A stretch of 63,874 bases of DNA, the filler included, from Octopus bimaculoides (Eukaryota): NCBI RefSeq assembly GCF_001194135.2. It is 8 parts of 8 records of this genome, joined end to end, with 100 filler letters (N's around TTAATTAATTAA, not from the genome) between each part and the next. Parts side by side here need not be neighbours in the genome. Positions count along the whole stretch, not along the records: positions 1 to 18,320 come from NC_068984.1; positions 18,421 to 36,124 come from NC_069002.1; 6 more parts are not named here. One strand, given 5' to 3'. Shown piece after piece: positions 13,606 through 27,029 of this stretch (within the stretch, counting starts at the first letter, position 1; every line of letters begins with the position of its first letter). The translations under genes were made by a program, and so were the position numbers. The notes under the pieces are model-generated. The model saw only the letters and a list, made by a program, of their open reading frames with translations. It ran no database searches and was not told where the DNA came from.

Positions 13606-13992
13606 TTGGGTCATTCCATAAATAATGCGGCTTTTCTATACTTCTTTTATTGTACAAAATTAAGATAAAGTTATTTTTTTAATCTAAAATATACTCTCCG
13701 CCATTTTCTACAATGATCTTCCTTCTATCTCATAGATTTGCAAGGTCCCTCTTCCAAAATTCACTTGTCCGTGACTAAAAATACTCCTCCAGTACTGTTC
13801 TGACCTCGTCTACAGAATTCATATTTTTCCCATCCAAATGATTTTGAAGACTGTGGAATAAATGACAATCAGATGGAGCAATGTCCGGAGAATATGGTTG
13901 GTGGGGCATCGTTTCGCATTCAAACTGCTCCAACCTTTGGAATGTCATCCTCGCTGTATGTGGCCGAGCATTATCCTGATGGAAGAACACAC
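13606..13992 (-). mobile_element. Mariner transposon 3' end (transposase C-terminus and TIR)
   Basis: HQDNARPH..HQPYSPDIAPSD.HLF (YSPDLAPSD motif), continuing DRWKIIVENGGEYILD*; TIR-like ttgggtcattccataaat at 13606. Confidence 0.9.
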
Positions 13993-14309
13993 CTATATAT
14001 ATATATATATATATATATAATCTTATTTTATCCTATCTTATATCCACTCACTTTTTTACAGTTATTCTTTTTTTTTTTCGATTTTTTATCGTTTTCTGTC
14101 GAATTCTAAAATTTTTTATGGTATTATTCTTCTATAACATTTCATAAAATTTTTTATAATTGCATTCATTTCTGTTTTATCCCGTTTTATTTTTTATCTT
14201 GTATCTTATTTTTTTATTCATTAATTTTATTTTTTCATCTTATTCATTTTCCCATTTTTTCTCTATTTTCTATCAATCTTCTTTTATTATATTTTATTTT
14301 ATTTTTGTA

Positions 14310-15045
14310 TACATGCACACATACATGCACATACACACACGCATACGAACACATACCCACACGCACACATTCACGTACGCACGCACATATACCTCACATT
14401 ACCTCCCACACACAGGCACACAGCACACACATACATGCATACACATATACACACGTACATGCACGCACGCACACGCATACTCAAACGCATACACACGCGC
14501 ACAGGCGCATACAGACACACACACACACGCGCGCGCACACACACGCACGCACGCACACACACACGCAGACATACACACAGAGGCATACATATACACACAT
14601 GCATGAACGCGCGCATACATGAACGCACATATACCACACACACAATACACCACACACACACACACAACACGCACAAATGCACACGCAACATACACATACA
14701 TGCACACACGTACACACATGCAGACACACAAACACACGCGCGCACAGACGCACATTCACACATGCACACACACACGCACGCACGCACGCTCACACACGTA
14801 CAGGAATGTACATATACCTAACACACACAACCTCACAGACACACCACATAGACACACGTACATACACATACACGCACACATACACGCACACACCACACAC
14901 AACTACACGCACATATACCTCCCCACACACAATCTCACGTACACACATATATACACACGCACATACACACACGCACGCACTCATACACACGCGCACACGC
15001 ATATACACACGCGCGCACACATACACACACGCACATACACACATC
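14310..15045. repeat. Cryptic (CA)-rich low-complexity tract
   Basis: About 730 bp of degenerate CA/CG/TA dinucleotides; source of many spurious HT/CV ORFs. Confidence 0.95.
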
Positions 15046-15400
15046 CAATTTTGCTGGTCCAGGACAGCGATTTCCAAGATATGGATTTCGTCGTCGATGT
15101 CGTAACAAATGGCAGACACAAGCCATTTTATTTCTATCTCAGGGGGCACATTTTTTATTCTTTTTTTTTACCCTATGATCAAGGTATGTAGGGATCATCA
15201 ATAAGTTGTCGCATTAAAAGGACTTTGTGGAGAGGTCCTTGGCTCTTTCTTCACTATCGAATCTAACTTCGATCGTGGCAAATTTGTTTTCCCACGTGAT
15301 ATAATCTTTAAAGGCCCATACGAGCCTTAAACATTTTTCGACAGTCCAAAGATAAAGATAAATTCTTATTCTCTAAATACCGCTATTACCGACATTACAG
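15045..15400 (-). mobile_element. Probable LINE ORF1 (RRM/gag-like) remnant
   Basis: Chained translation FATIEVRFDSEERAKDLSTK..IPTYL..IKNVPPEIEIKWLVSAI resembles non-LTR ORF1 proteins; has a stop and a frameshift. Recognition from pattern only. Confidence 0.4.
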
Positions 15401-15873
15401 GTTATTAGCTGACCTGTCTAACATCTGATTACATCACCTTGGCCCTTACCACAAAGCATGATTTAATATCATAAATCACTATTAGATTAAATTGCTCCTA
15501 CTAACTCAATTATTTATCTTAAATGCACGATGTACACCTGGAGCTATAATTCTCTTTAATATATTCACATTAAAGTTAGATCACTGACTAACATCCTAAT
15601 TGCTAGGGTTGCCACTAACATAAGTACGATTAAACGAGCGATTTAACTTATTGTAGCCGAGTTGATTGGTTTTAATCATATTAACGAGTAGATAGCCCGT
15701 GCTTCACATAACATTTTATTTATTTGTTATAACTTTTTATGTAACCGGGATTTATACCGTATATCACACTTAAACTTTTAAGAGCATCCTTAATTTTAAC
15801 AAGAGCATTATTTGTAATCATAGGGACTTATCTAGTGGACTCCAATAGCGCTATTTATTACAATTAATGTCAC

Positions 15874-15908
<35 letters not shown>

Positions 15909-16299
15909 TACCAGCTATACCAGGTATATACTACCAGGTATAACTCTTTCGACTAACACCGCCGGTCAACTAGTCATTTTCCCCACTTACTGCTCCATTC
16001 ATCTAATTTAAGAAACGTACACACACGTTCAACCTTTAAAGGACACAAAAATATAAGCCTAAAAACTTAGCGAAATTTTATCCTTTTTTTCTTTTTCTTT
16101 TTCCTTTTTCCTTTTTCTCTTGTCAATATTCCTCTGATAAACTTTAAGTCATTTTGACGATGTTTGTTACCGGGAACAAAATAAATGCAAATTTACCTAA
16201 AAAAATAACTACAAACTGAAACAGCTATAATTGTTATTTTAACTACAATTAAACTATGACCATTTTATACCAATGATCAACTTCAATTGTTTCCATTTC

Positions 16300-17295
16300 T
16301 TTCACTTCACTACCGAGCGCAGCTCTGTGTGCCTTGGGTATGTGCTGTGATTTGCTGTGATGCTCTTATGGTTACTGTATTGAAAGTGTTTTGCGTAGGA
16401 TGTGTGTAGTGCCCAGTAGTGCAATTTTCTGTATGTTATATATATTTGTAAGTCCTAGTGTTTTTGTTATGTATTTATCTGAATACTTTTTTTTATCATA
16501 CCTACTATGATAGGAATTGTTTCTGTTTTTAGATTCCACATCCGAGTTACCTCTATTTCCAGGCCTTTGTATTTTGAAAGTTTCTCCATTTCTTTTAGGG
16601 AAACGTTGTTATCTTCTGGTATTGATACATCAATTAGAAAGAATTTTTTTTCTTCATGATTTCTGACAACTATATCTGGCCTATTAGCCTTAATTTCTCT
16701 ATCTGTGTGTATTGGCATATCCCAGAGTATGGTTGCTTTCTCGTTTTCTGTGACCTTTTCTGGCGTGTGCCTATACCATCTTTTTTCTGTTATTCCATAG
16801 TGTTCGCATAGTTTCCAGTGTATGTAGGTCCCAGCTCTGTCATGTCTGTGAATATATTCCTTCTTAGCCAGGACTGGGCAGCCAGAGATAATATGATTTA
16901 TTGCTTCTTGTCGATCTCCACATATTCTACAGTTACTTGTTATATTTCTTTTCATTATGTGTTTTTGGTAATTTCTGGTGGGGAGGCTCTGGTCTTGTGC
17001 AGCAATTAAAAATCCTTCAGTCTCTGCTTTGAGTCTAGAGCTTCTCAGCCATTGCTGGGATTTTTCTCTGTCTATTTCTTTCGCATTTAGTTTAGCCCAG
17101 TATTTACCATGTAGGGGCTTTTCTTGCCATCGTTTTATCATGGTCCGTTGCTGTTCTAGTTTTAGTTCGGATTTCATTTGCTTTATAGCTTTTGTTGTTT
17201 CTTCTTCTTCTTCATTTTTATTAGGCAGTATGATTTCTTGTTTGTATCTGTCAGCTTCCTTAAATACTGAAAACAGTCTTTTGTTTTGCTCGTGT
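16300..17295 (-). mobile_element. 5'-truncated RLE-type non-LTR retrotransposon (R4/Dong-like)
   Basis: LKAETEGFLIAAQDQSL.TRNY, CCHC finger CRICG..E.INHIISGC, RHD, RPDIVV..LIDVSIP..EKLSKY (PD-D/E-K nuclease); 3' UTR matches 32720-32790. Confidence 0.92.
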
Positions 17296-17633
17296 TTATT
17301 CCCATTCATCTATCGCAATATAATTCTCCACTCTTGGTTTTCTATTATTTCCATTCTTTCTCCTTCTTTTTCTCTAAATTGCATTTGACGTTAAATCTAT
17401 AAATTATTTGCCAGCGTTCCCTTCCTCATATACGCAGTCATCACATTGGATTAAAATGACTTATTGATGTTGTTTCCCTTTTTAACCCTGATGAGAAGAT
17501 TGCATTGCTTTACATCATTATATTCCCTCTGGAATAATACCAATGTTTTCTTCGAAACCTGTATCGAAAGTATAAAGATTTGAATAATACCTGCGTTTAA
17601 CTTCATCTTTTTATACATATATATGTATGTATA

Positions 17634-17665
<32 letters not shown>

Positions 17666-18174
17666 CATTTATATATATATGCGTGTTCGTTTGTGTGTGT
17701 ATGTGTGTGTCTAGCTTATGTTAATAAAATGTAATATATTTGCAATACACCTCCGATAAATTTCTCAAAGTCTACTTATTGTGAACTACATTGTCGAATA
17801 GATGTTAATTTAAACTCAAGTATTTAATTCAATTTGTTTATTGCGTTATATAACAACTCTTATCCTATATTTATATTTCTAAATAGCAACCTTAATTATT
17901 TCCTTTTAATTCAGTTTACTTTGATGCCTAAACGATCTTCGGTATATTTCGCTCTGGTTCTGCTCTTAGAATTTCCATTTTATCACTTGGAGTTAATCTT
18001 GATAAAGTGTCGGAAGTAGAGCATATCCATTTATATCAGTTAAATGTAGTCGCACGATCATAAACTTATGCATATATATGTGTATATGTGTGCATCTGTG
18101 TGCATGTGAGTGTGTGCGTGTATGTTTATTAATGCATATGTATGTATACTCACACATATATAATGTATGTATGA

Positions 18175-18219
<45 letters not shown>

Positions 18220-18267
18220 ATCATACATACATACGCATATAAACGTATGGATGTGTGAATGTATATA

Positions 18268-18320
<53 letters not shown>

Positions 18321-18364
18321 NNNNNNNNNNNNNNNNNNNNNNNNNNNNNNNNNNNNNNNNNNNN

Positions 18365-18376
18365 TTAATTAATTAA
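18365..18376. other. Artificial TTAATTAATTAA gap linker (also 36169, 47503, 53159, 58289, 60646, 62482)
   Basis: Identical 12-mer with stops in all six frames, centred in ~100-N gaps seven times; a scaffolding placeholder. Confidence 0.92.
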
Positions 18377-18420
18377 NNNNNNNNNNNNNNNNNNNNNNNN
18401 NNNNNNNNNNNNNNNNNNNN

Positions 18421-18452
<32 letters not shown>

Positions 18453-19184
18453 GTATGTATATATATATATCAGAAGGGTGTGGTAACTTCTGTGGTTTGA
18501 CATGCAATAGATACTTATTGGTTGAGACGAATCATTTCGAAATTATTCAATTAAGAGAACACATTTAGTTACGTCATATGGCCACGGTTTTAGACCGTTA
18601 CACTGTCAAAGACAAACCAGCTGTTCTATCAGGCTACTCGCCAATTTCGGGAAAATATTTGGCACTCACTCGAGCAGCCTGTTCTGATACTTACTGAAAT
18701 CCGTACATTAAAAGACTACGTGTTGCGCACGCAGGCGTGTGCACATTGAATATACACGCATATACACAAACATACACATACAAAGACAGCGAAAATTCAA
18801 CATTGTAAAAATCCCTAAAAACACTTAATGAAGACTTGGCGTCTCTTTTCATTTGTTGGGAATTGGACAGAAGTAAAACATGGCTACATGCAAGGAGAAA
18901 ATAAAGAAACTTACCCAAGAGTGGAAGAAAAATTAAAAGAATGTAAAAGAAAATTATTTATACAAAATAATTTATACATAAACACACACACACACACACA
19001 CACACATCCTTCAATGTGTGTGTGTTTATATTTAAGTGTGTATACTTCAATATGTGTATGTATATGTGTTCATATTTATGTGTATGTGTGTGTGTGTGTG
19101 TTTCAGTGTGTGTGTTAATATTTATGTGTGTATGTTTCAATGTTTGTCTGTGTGCACGCATCATTGTCTTTCAGGCTATTCGAG

Positions 19185-20640
19185 TGAGTGTCAATTATTT
19201 TCCAGAAATTGGCAAGCAACCTGATTTGTATTTGACAACTTTACGGTTTACAACGAAAGAATACCCTTTAAAAGTATGTAAGAATCCAATTTCTGAATTA
19301 ATGGTGGTATCATTCCATGCTTCAGGATTTTCAACGATGTCTTCAGAAAGGATAATTATGAAATTGTAATTTTCTTTTGTGGTAATAATAAGACGTGAGG
19401 AGTAGTTCCATCTAGTTGCTTTTGCCTTCGGAGATCTTTTTTTAACAACGTTATTTAATGCATTAGCCCTTTTCGGTGATTTCGTACCCAGTCCATTTAT
19501 TGAAGAAAAAAATGTCTTGCATTCTTTTATAGCAGAGCATGATTGGAAAGAACTAAATTGGTAAATTTTACCACCAAGGTAAGGTAAAATTTTTAGGATA
19601 TGCGCACAACAATGAATAAAGATCGCATATTCATATTTCTTTCTTACTTTTGACTGTGACCCATTTAATTGTCCTGCCATTGTAGCGGCACCATAATGGG
19701 TTCGTGCAATCAATGTTTTCACATTTCTACGTTTCAATGCATTTAAAAACATGTTCAGATAAAGCATTTGCAGATCGATCTGTACTAACATTATCAAAAC
19801 CGATAAATCGTTCTTTCGTAACACAATCTTCTGTAATACAACGTAAAGCAGTTGACAGTTGTGAATATGCCGATACATCAAATTTTTCATCAACAAGAAC
19901 AGCTATGAATTTAGCCTGATTAAGTTCATTTTGTATTTCATTCAACATAACCTTTTAGATTGCTTCCATCAAGTCATTTTGAATTCTGTTTGAGAGACCG
20001 GAGAAGACAAAAGCTGTAACTAGAAGGCCTGCCAATTTTACGTCATGTTTACTGATTAAATATAAGAGTTCTTCATAATTTCCATGATTATTAGGTTTTT
20101 CAGACTCAAAATGACGGCGAAACGATAATTCCTAATGACCTAAAAAAAATAACTACATCGATCAATCGTTGCAGAATGGATCTGTTTCGTCTAACTTTCT
20201 CATTATGGTGTTGTATGCTCTGTCTTTTACACGCATCAAATTCTAAGTCTATGCAAACATTCTTGAATGTTTTAAGATCTATCAAGAATTTTATATGCTT
20301 TTCAGAATGTTCATGTTTTAGCATAGCCATATATATATATAAATTATTTACATCATCATAACCTTTATCATTCCAAATAGTTTTTTCTAAACAAAACAAC
20401 ACACATGGCCAGCAGAATAACTTATTATGCGTAGCACTACCAGTTTACCATGTTTTCTTTTCATCCAAATTAACCTGAAATTGTCTCGTGAATTTCTTGT
20501 TGTAGCTTCGCAAATCAGGTAATTTCGGTGTTGGTTGACCACCATTTATAATTAACTGTTTCCCTTCAAAATCTTTTTTTTTTTGAAAATCTATTTTTCA
20601 AAATTTTTTCTGTAACACACATTTCACTCATTTGGACAAA
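19185..20640 (-). mobile_element. hAT transposase pseudogene (ZMYM1-like / DUF4371 type)
   Basis: LFCWPCVLF (TTF-type zinc finger), KHEHSEKH, ELSFRRHFES..N.GNY.ELL, FIAVLVDEKFDVS..QLS..LR..ERFIGF, Y.AATMAGQLNGSQ, IHCCAHIL; frameshifted. Confidence 0.88.
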
Positions 20641-21957
20641 TATTTCGAAAATCCTAAAGAAATCTTCAGAAAATAATAGTGTACGCGTGAGTGTGTGCAT
20701 GAATTGTAAATCGGTTTCAACAAAACGGAAAGATAATTTTTGTAAACCAACAAAAGATTAATTAGCTATATTATATTTCTGATTTCAGAATTTTTGAAAA
20801 TTTGTTCAATACAAAGGATGGTCAATGATAATAATTTCAAAACTGTTGTGTCGACGCCCCCAAGCGAAGAAGTAGGCTCGACCAAGATATATAAATAGAG
20901 GTAGTCTGACCGTGGTAAGAGTAGACTGACAGTGGACTGACTGTTGAGTAGCCGTCGAGCAGAGATCATCTGAAGGTGCTAGATAGCAGTAGCTTGAGAC
21001 ATAACAGAAACACACAACAGAACGAAATAGATATTCCAAAGACATGGCAACGTTTGAGCTGACTAATTAAGAATTATGGGATCGTTAATATCCTTTGGTC
21101 AGAATTTTTACAGGTCAAAAAGTCAAACACATTCAACTATTTAGCCTGTCACCTGTCAATTACAAAGAATTGTTGACAAAGGAGAAGTGATAGAAAGGGA
21201 GGAGAGAGAGCCAAAGCTGTAACATACATTTTTCTCAAAGCATACCTTCCGTTTTTATTTTATCGACAAAAAGAATCTTACAGGCATTGACTTTACAGAT
21301 AACTATCATTTCTCTCCTGCCTATCTGTAAAATCAATAAAGGAATTGACATCACAGATAGGCAGGGAGAAATGATAGTTACTAAAAGATAGGAAGGGGAG
21401 GACAAAAGATTTCGTATGCGCTTTTCTTTAAGCATGCCTAGAGGAAGCAGAATATATATATATATANNNNNNNNNNNNNNNNNNNNNNNNNNNNNNNNNN
21501 NNNNNNNNNNNNNNNNNNNNNNNNNNNNNNNNNNNNNNNNNNNNNNNNNNNNNNNNNNNNNNNNNNNNNNNNNNNNNNNNNNNNNNNNNNNNNNNNNNNN
21601 NNNNNNNNNNNNNNNNNNNNNNNNNNNNNNNNNNNNNNNNNNNNNNNNNNNNNNNNNNNNNNNNNNNNNNNNNNNNNNNNNNNNNNNNNNNNNNNNNNNN
21701 NNNNNNNNNNNNNNNNNNNNNNNNNNNNNNNNNNNNNNNNNNNNNNNNNNNNNNNNNNNNNNNNNNNNNNNNNNNNNNNNNNNNNNNNNNNNNNNNNNNN
21801 NNNNNNNNNNNNNNNNNNNNNNNNNNNNNNNNNNNNNGTCTGGCATTGAAACATCTGTAAGGCATGTTTGTCAGTTTTTTAACTAATAAATAATAATTTA
21901 TTAATTACCTCTCTATTTTCTCATCATATTATATGCATATATATTTTTAAAATTTTT

Positions 21958-22150
21958 TTACTTGTTTCAGTCATGTGGCGCCATGCTGGAGCACCACCTT
22001 TTCGTCGCGTAAATGGACCCCAGGACTTATTGTTTTTTAAAGCCTGGCACTTAACCTATCGGTGACTTTTGCCGAACTGCTAAGTTACGGGGGTCATAAA
22101 CACCAACACCAGTTGTCAAGCAGTGATGGTGGGGGACAAACACAGACACA
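21958..22150 (-). mobile_element. OK-like SINE, 3' half
   Basis: cttgtttcagtcat..ccatgctggagcacc..gaactgctaagttacgggg..gttgtcaagc, the reverse of the SINE tail. Confidence 0.75.
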
Positions 22151-22704
22151 AACACACACACACACACACACACACACAAGCTTCTTACCACACGCGTGTA
22201 TGTGTGTTTAATTATGTGCGAGTATTAAGAAACTCTGAACAGTAAAAGATCTTCAGAGAAGGAGCCCCCAATTGCATGCAAGTGTTTCTGGCCATAGCTT
22301 CTTACACTCAAATATGTAGATTATTCCTTCTGAAATCCACTTTCACTCCTTCTTCACTATAGAACATGCCACTCATTTCAGCTATTTCTGCCAATACTTT
22401 TAGAGTTCCGCTCCAATCCAAATTTCTCTCCAGAAGTTGAGAGCCGTTTTTTTAGTTGCAAATAACAGTCTGAAACTGAATCATTTATGTCGAAGAAAAA
22501 TCATTCAGAACGCGAAGTATCTGTTATGTTCACTTTTCGTTTATTTCTTGACGTGTTAAAAGTGTATTTGTTGAGATTGCAAACGATAATTTCGACACCC
22601 AAAGAAATAAATATTAGGCGACTATAACAGTTTTGGTGTGTTTTTAACTGACTAAAACGTTTTATGTACGATGTAAATACCATATTCACTATGGAATTAC
22701 ATTA

Positions 22705-22715
22705 TCTGTCTGTCT

Positions 22716-22768
<53 letters not shown>

Positions 22769-22903
22769 CACCGATCGATCTGTCTATCTGTTCATCTATC
22801 TTTCTCTCCATAGAGCGAGCGCTTAGTCTGTCTGTCTTTTTATCTATCTATCTGTACGTATGTCTGTCTGCTTGTCAATCATTCGACAGATCGTTTGATC
22901 GGC

Positions 22904-22958
<55 letters not shown>

Positions 22959-23110
22959 CCCATCTATCGATCGATCTATCGATTCATCGTTCCATCTATC
23001 TGTCTGTCTGTCTATATACCTATCGATCGATCATTCGATAGACCTGTCTGTCTGTGTATCTGTCTGCTCGCTTGTCCGTCGATCTCTCTGTATCTGTCAA
23101 TATGCATCTA
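22705..23110. repeat. (CTAT)n/(CTGT)n compound tetranucleotide tract
   Basis: Direct runs. Confidence 0.9.
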
Positions 23111-23990
23111 TATATCTGTGTGTATGCTTATGCTCATGACATCCAAATTACATCTAATAGTGTTTGAAGTTCCTGTGTTGTAAAGTTACATTTTTAGGCT
23201 TTCTTTTAGGGTAATATTTACCCGTCATCAGTCGAGTTTGGCATCCAAGGATCGACTTTGGTTAAGTTGATGGTTAAGATTCCTTTCGAATTTATATATG
23301 GAGTGACCATTCAAATGATTCGAAGGGGGCCAAGCCATCATCCTTATAGAGGAACAAGCAGTGATAATATCTAGGTTTTTTAGGGTATCAAATCACTCGA
23401 GGTCATCAGCGATCGTAACCCCGTCGTAACTCGCCAGGGAGGCATCGAACTGTGGGCCAACTTTCTCCCCCCCTCCAACTTCAGGAATCATTTCTGAATA
23501 GAAATAACGTCGTAACGATCATGATGATTCTGGTATTAAGGTCTGAAACCGAGGGCTTTGAAAAGGTTTGGAGTTGAAGGTTAGAAATCACCGATATTAA
23601 AGTGAGTGAATCTGGAGGCAGCATATTGTCGGTGCCGTGGAACCATTTGATGACTGGGGCTTCAGTCCCATTGTATCAGCTCTGTACATATATCGCCATT
23701 GTTTTTCATTGGATTTGATACCGACTGAAAAAATAGCGCGCTTGAGTCTATGCCCACTAACATAGTGATAAAATAATTAGGTATCGTTAAAATGAAAGCG
23801 ACGGAAGAGGGAAGATAAAAGAATTGCTGTGGTATTTGTGGACCAATGAGAAGCTCAGTAACAAGTTTCGATCTTCTAAAAGAATGCTGCTGTATCCTTT
23901 AATTTGCCATTTCTGTATACGAAGGCTGAAAATAAAACATGCAGAAATAAGTTGTGCGAAACAAGGTTATTTTAATGTGATACCTCTTGA

Positions 23991-24780
23991 AATTACAGAG
24001 GGAGAGCGCTAAGCAGTGATGAGTAAACTTGTTATGTAATTGTCAGTCCGAATATGCTTGAGGCTCGTTCGAACTGGGGAACAAACTATTCATTGCGTTT
24101 TGTCACGGAAAATATATTCCGTTTGTTCACAAATGGCGTGTATACACCTAGATCAGCTCGCAGCGCCACCTACCCTGACTGTGAGATGCTAGCATTTCGG
24201 AGTAGTTACTTTTGGGGTCACAGACACCAGGCTGGAGGCGCTGATAGCAGAGATTGACTCTCTTATGCTTTGTGGCGGCTCACCGTAAGCAAATTACAGA
24301 TGGGGGGAGCACTAAGCAGTGATGAGTAAACTTGTAATGTAATTATCAGTCCGAATATGCTTGATGCACGTTCGAACTGGGGAACAAGCTACTCACTGCG
24401 TTTTGTCAAGGAAAATATATATTGCTTGCTTACAAACGGTCTGTGTACACCTAACGCAGCGAATAACTTCTTCTCCAGTTCGAACGTGCCTCAAACGCTC
24501 CACCTCCGTAATTCACTTACGGTGAGCCGCCGCATAGTGCTACCAGTCACCGTATGGCGACTGAAAAGCATAACAGAGTCAATGTCTTGAATCAGCTCGT
24601 AGCGCCGCCTGCCAAGTGTCTGCGATCGAAGAGGAGATAACTACTCCGAAATGCTAGCATCTCAGAGTCTGGGTAGGTGGCGTTGTCAACAAACGAGTAT
24701 ACATTTTCCATGACAAAACGCAGTGAGTTGCTTGTTCCCCAGTTCGAACGTGCCTCAAGCATATTCGGACTGATGATATC
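23991..24780. repeat. Unclassified ~300-bp repeat: one full and one partial direct copy plus an inverted copy
   Basis: aaattacaga..ctaagcagtgatgagtaaacttg..cagtccgaatatgcttga.gc.cgttcgaactggggaac at 23991 and 24291; reverse-complement copy at ~24515-24775. Confidence 0.85.
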
Positions 24781-24944
24781 GTTACCCCTTGAAATCACTC
24801 GAGAAGACAAATCTAGACCGACGAATACACCTAAACCTGTTATACAATATCCCACCCGCGATGGATCGAAGTTAGTTGGGTCGAAACGATTGTAGTGATT
24901 AATAAAGATTCTCGTATCTTCTATTACCCCTCTCTCTCAAGAAT

Positions 24945-24982
<38 letters not shown>

Positions 24983-25765
24983 TATATATAAAGGATGTTC
25001 ATATTTTTCATCTACGGTGTGATAGCTCTAATTTAGCCGTGTTTATATATCTTCTATATAAGTAACGCACACGCACACGCACCCGCACACGCACACACTC
25101 ATACACACACATACTAGCTTGTACATACTTACGCATATACATACTTATGCATATATACACAAACTCAAACACTAGCCCGCACACATGAACACGCATTATA
25201 CATATATGATATGATTTGGCACGATCCGCAAGTATAAGAACACGAGTTTCATTATAAATTCAATCTCTAACATCTAATCTCTATAAAACGGCTGTAAATT
25301 CCCTCTCTTGGCGGTTCTTTCGCTTCCGTTTGCCTTCACACCCCGACACTTCTTCAATTTTACGAGCCGCCATTTTGAAGAAAAATAGCAACGCTATGAA
25401 TTATTTCTAAGTGTCATATCTTTAATTGTTCCCACGTTAATTATTTTTCGATGAATTAGAGTATTTTTTTTTTTGGTCTTGTTCATGTTTTTAGATTTCG
25501 TTTTGTGTCTTTTATGGACGAATTTTGCGCCATATTTGTTATTTTCTTATTCCTTCGATGCTTTTATTTATTTATTTATTTTGTTTAGACCGAATTGTAA
25601 ATACACTTATCCTAATTGCTTTCGAACAGTAGTAACGGTAACAATACGAACAAGAACAATGAGCATCTAAATTGCAGGCGAGAAGAAAGGTAATAACATG
25701 CAAACATCTGTCTATTTCGACACTTAGAAAATCAACAGGCTGTTGCAGAAATGAGCTAAACCAAA

Positions 25766-25980
25766 TAATGATGATGATGAGGAGGAGGATGATGATGATG
25801 ATGATGATGAGGATGCTGACGACGACGATGATGATGGTGATGATGATGATGATGATAATAATAATATTAATGATGATGATGATAATAACAACAACAAAAG
25901 CAACAATAATAATAATATTAGTAATAATAATAATAATAATAATAATAATGATAATAATAATAATAATAATAATAGTAGTA
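25766..25980. repeat. (GAT)n/(AAT)n compound microsatellite
   Basis: Direct runs. Confidence 0.92.
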
Positions 25981-27026
25981 TCAAAATTAAAAGAAGAGTG
26001 CCATTTGCTATCTCGTGAACAATATTTCGACATCTTGCGTGTCTTCCACTGGTTCAAAAAATAAATTTGTCAATCTACTTCATTTTCGTTTATATAGAAA
26101 GGATTGAGATAACTCCTCCTGAAGATATAGAGTCAAAATTAAAAGAAGAGTGCCATTTGCTATCTCGTGAACAATATTTCGACATCTTGCGNNNNNNNNN
26201 NNNNNNNNNNNNNNNNNNNNNNNNNNNNNNNNNNNNNNNNNNNNNNNNNNNNNNNNNNNNNNNNNNNNNNNNNNNNNNNNNNNNNNNNNNNNNNNNNNNN
26301 NNNNNNNNNNNNNNNNNNNNNNNNNNNNNNNNNNNNNNNNNNNNNNNNNNNNNNNNNNNNNNNNNNNNNNNNNNNNNNNNNNNNNNNNNNNNNNNNNNNN
26401 NNNNNNNNNNNNNNNNNNNNNNNNNNNNNNNNNNNNNNNNNNNNNNNNNNNNNNNNNNNNNNNNNNNNNNNNNNNNNNNNNNNNNNNNNNNNNNNNNNNN
26501 NNNNNNNNNNNNNNNNNNNNNNNNNNNNNNNNNNNNNNNNNNNNNNNNNNNNNNNNNNNNNNNNNNNNNNNNNNNNNNNNNNNNNNNNNNNNNNNNNNNN
26601 NNNNNNNNNNNNNNNNNNNNNNNNNNNNNNNNNNNNNNNNNNNNNNNNNNNNNNNNNNNNNNNNNNNNNNNNNNNNNNNNNNNNNNNNNNNNNNNNNNNN
26701 NNNNNNNNNNNNNNNNNNNNNNNNNNNNNNNNNNNNNNNNNNNNNNNNNNNNNNNNNNNNNNNNNNNNNNNTGAACAATATTTCGACATCTTGCGTGTCT
26801 TCCACAGGTTCAAAAAATAAATTTGTCAATCTACTTCATTTTCGTCTATATAGAAAGGATTGAGGTAACTCCTCCTGAAGATATAGAGTCAAAATTAAAA
26901 GAAGAGTGCCATTTGCTCAATCCTTTCTATATAAACGAAAATGAAGTAGATTGACAAATTTATTTTTTGAACCAGTGGAAGACACGCAAGATGTCTAAAT
27001 ATTGTTCACGAGATAGCAAATGGCAC
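25981..27026. repeat. 152-bp tandem array with a terminal inverted 110-bp copy
   Basis: Unit tcaaaattaaaagaagagtgccatttgc.. starts at 25981, 26133 and 26889 with a gap in between; 26917-27026 is the reverse complement of part of the unit. Confidence 0.88.
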
Positions 27027-27029
27027 CCT

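Noticed and set aside
24012-24110. C/D snoRNA or rRNA interpretation of gcagtgatgag..
   Set aside because: A C-box-like GUGAUGA is present, but I found no convincing D box with terminal stem and no recognisable rRNA sequence.
24855-24945. PLE-end-like gggtcgaaacgattgtag..aataaag as a hammerhead
   Set aside because: No CUGANGA box upstream and no clean helix II.
25981-26916. Regular repeats suggestive of a CRISPR array
   Set aside because: Contiguous 152-bp units with no unique spacers, in eukaryotic context and with no cas genes.
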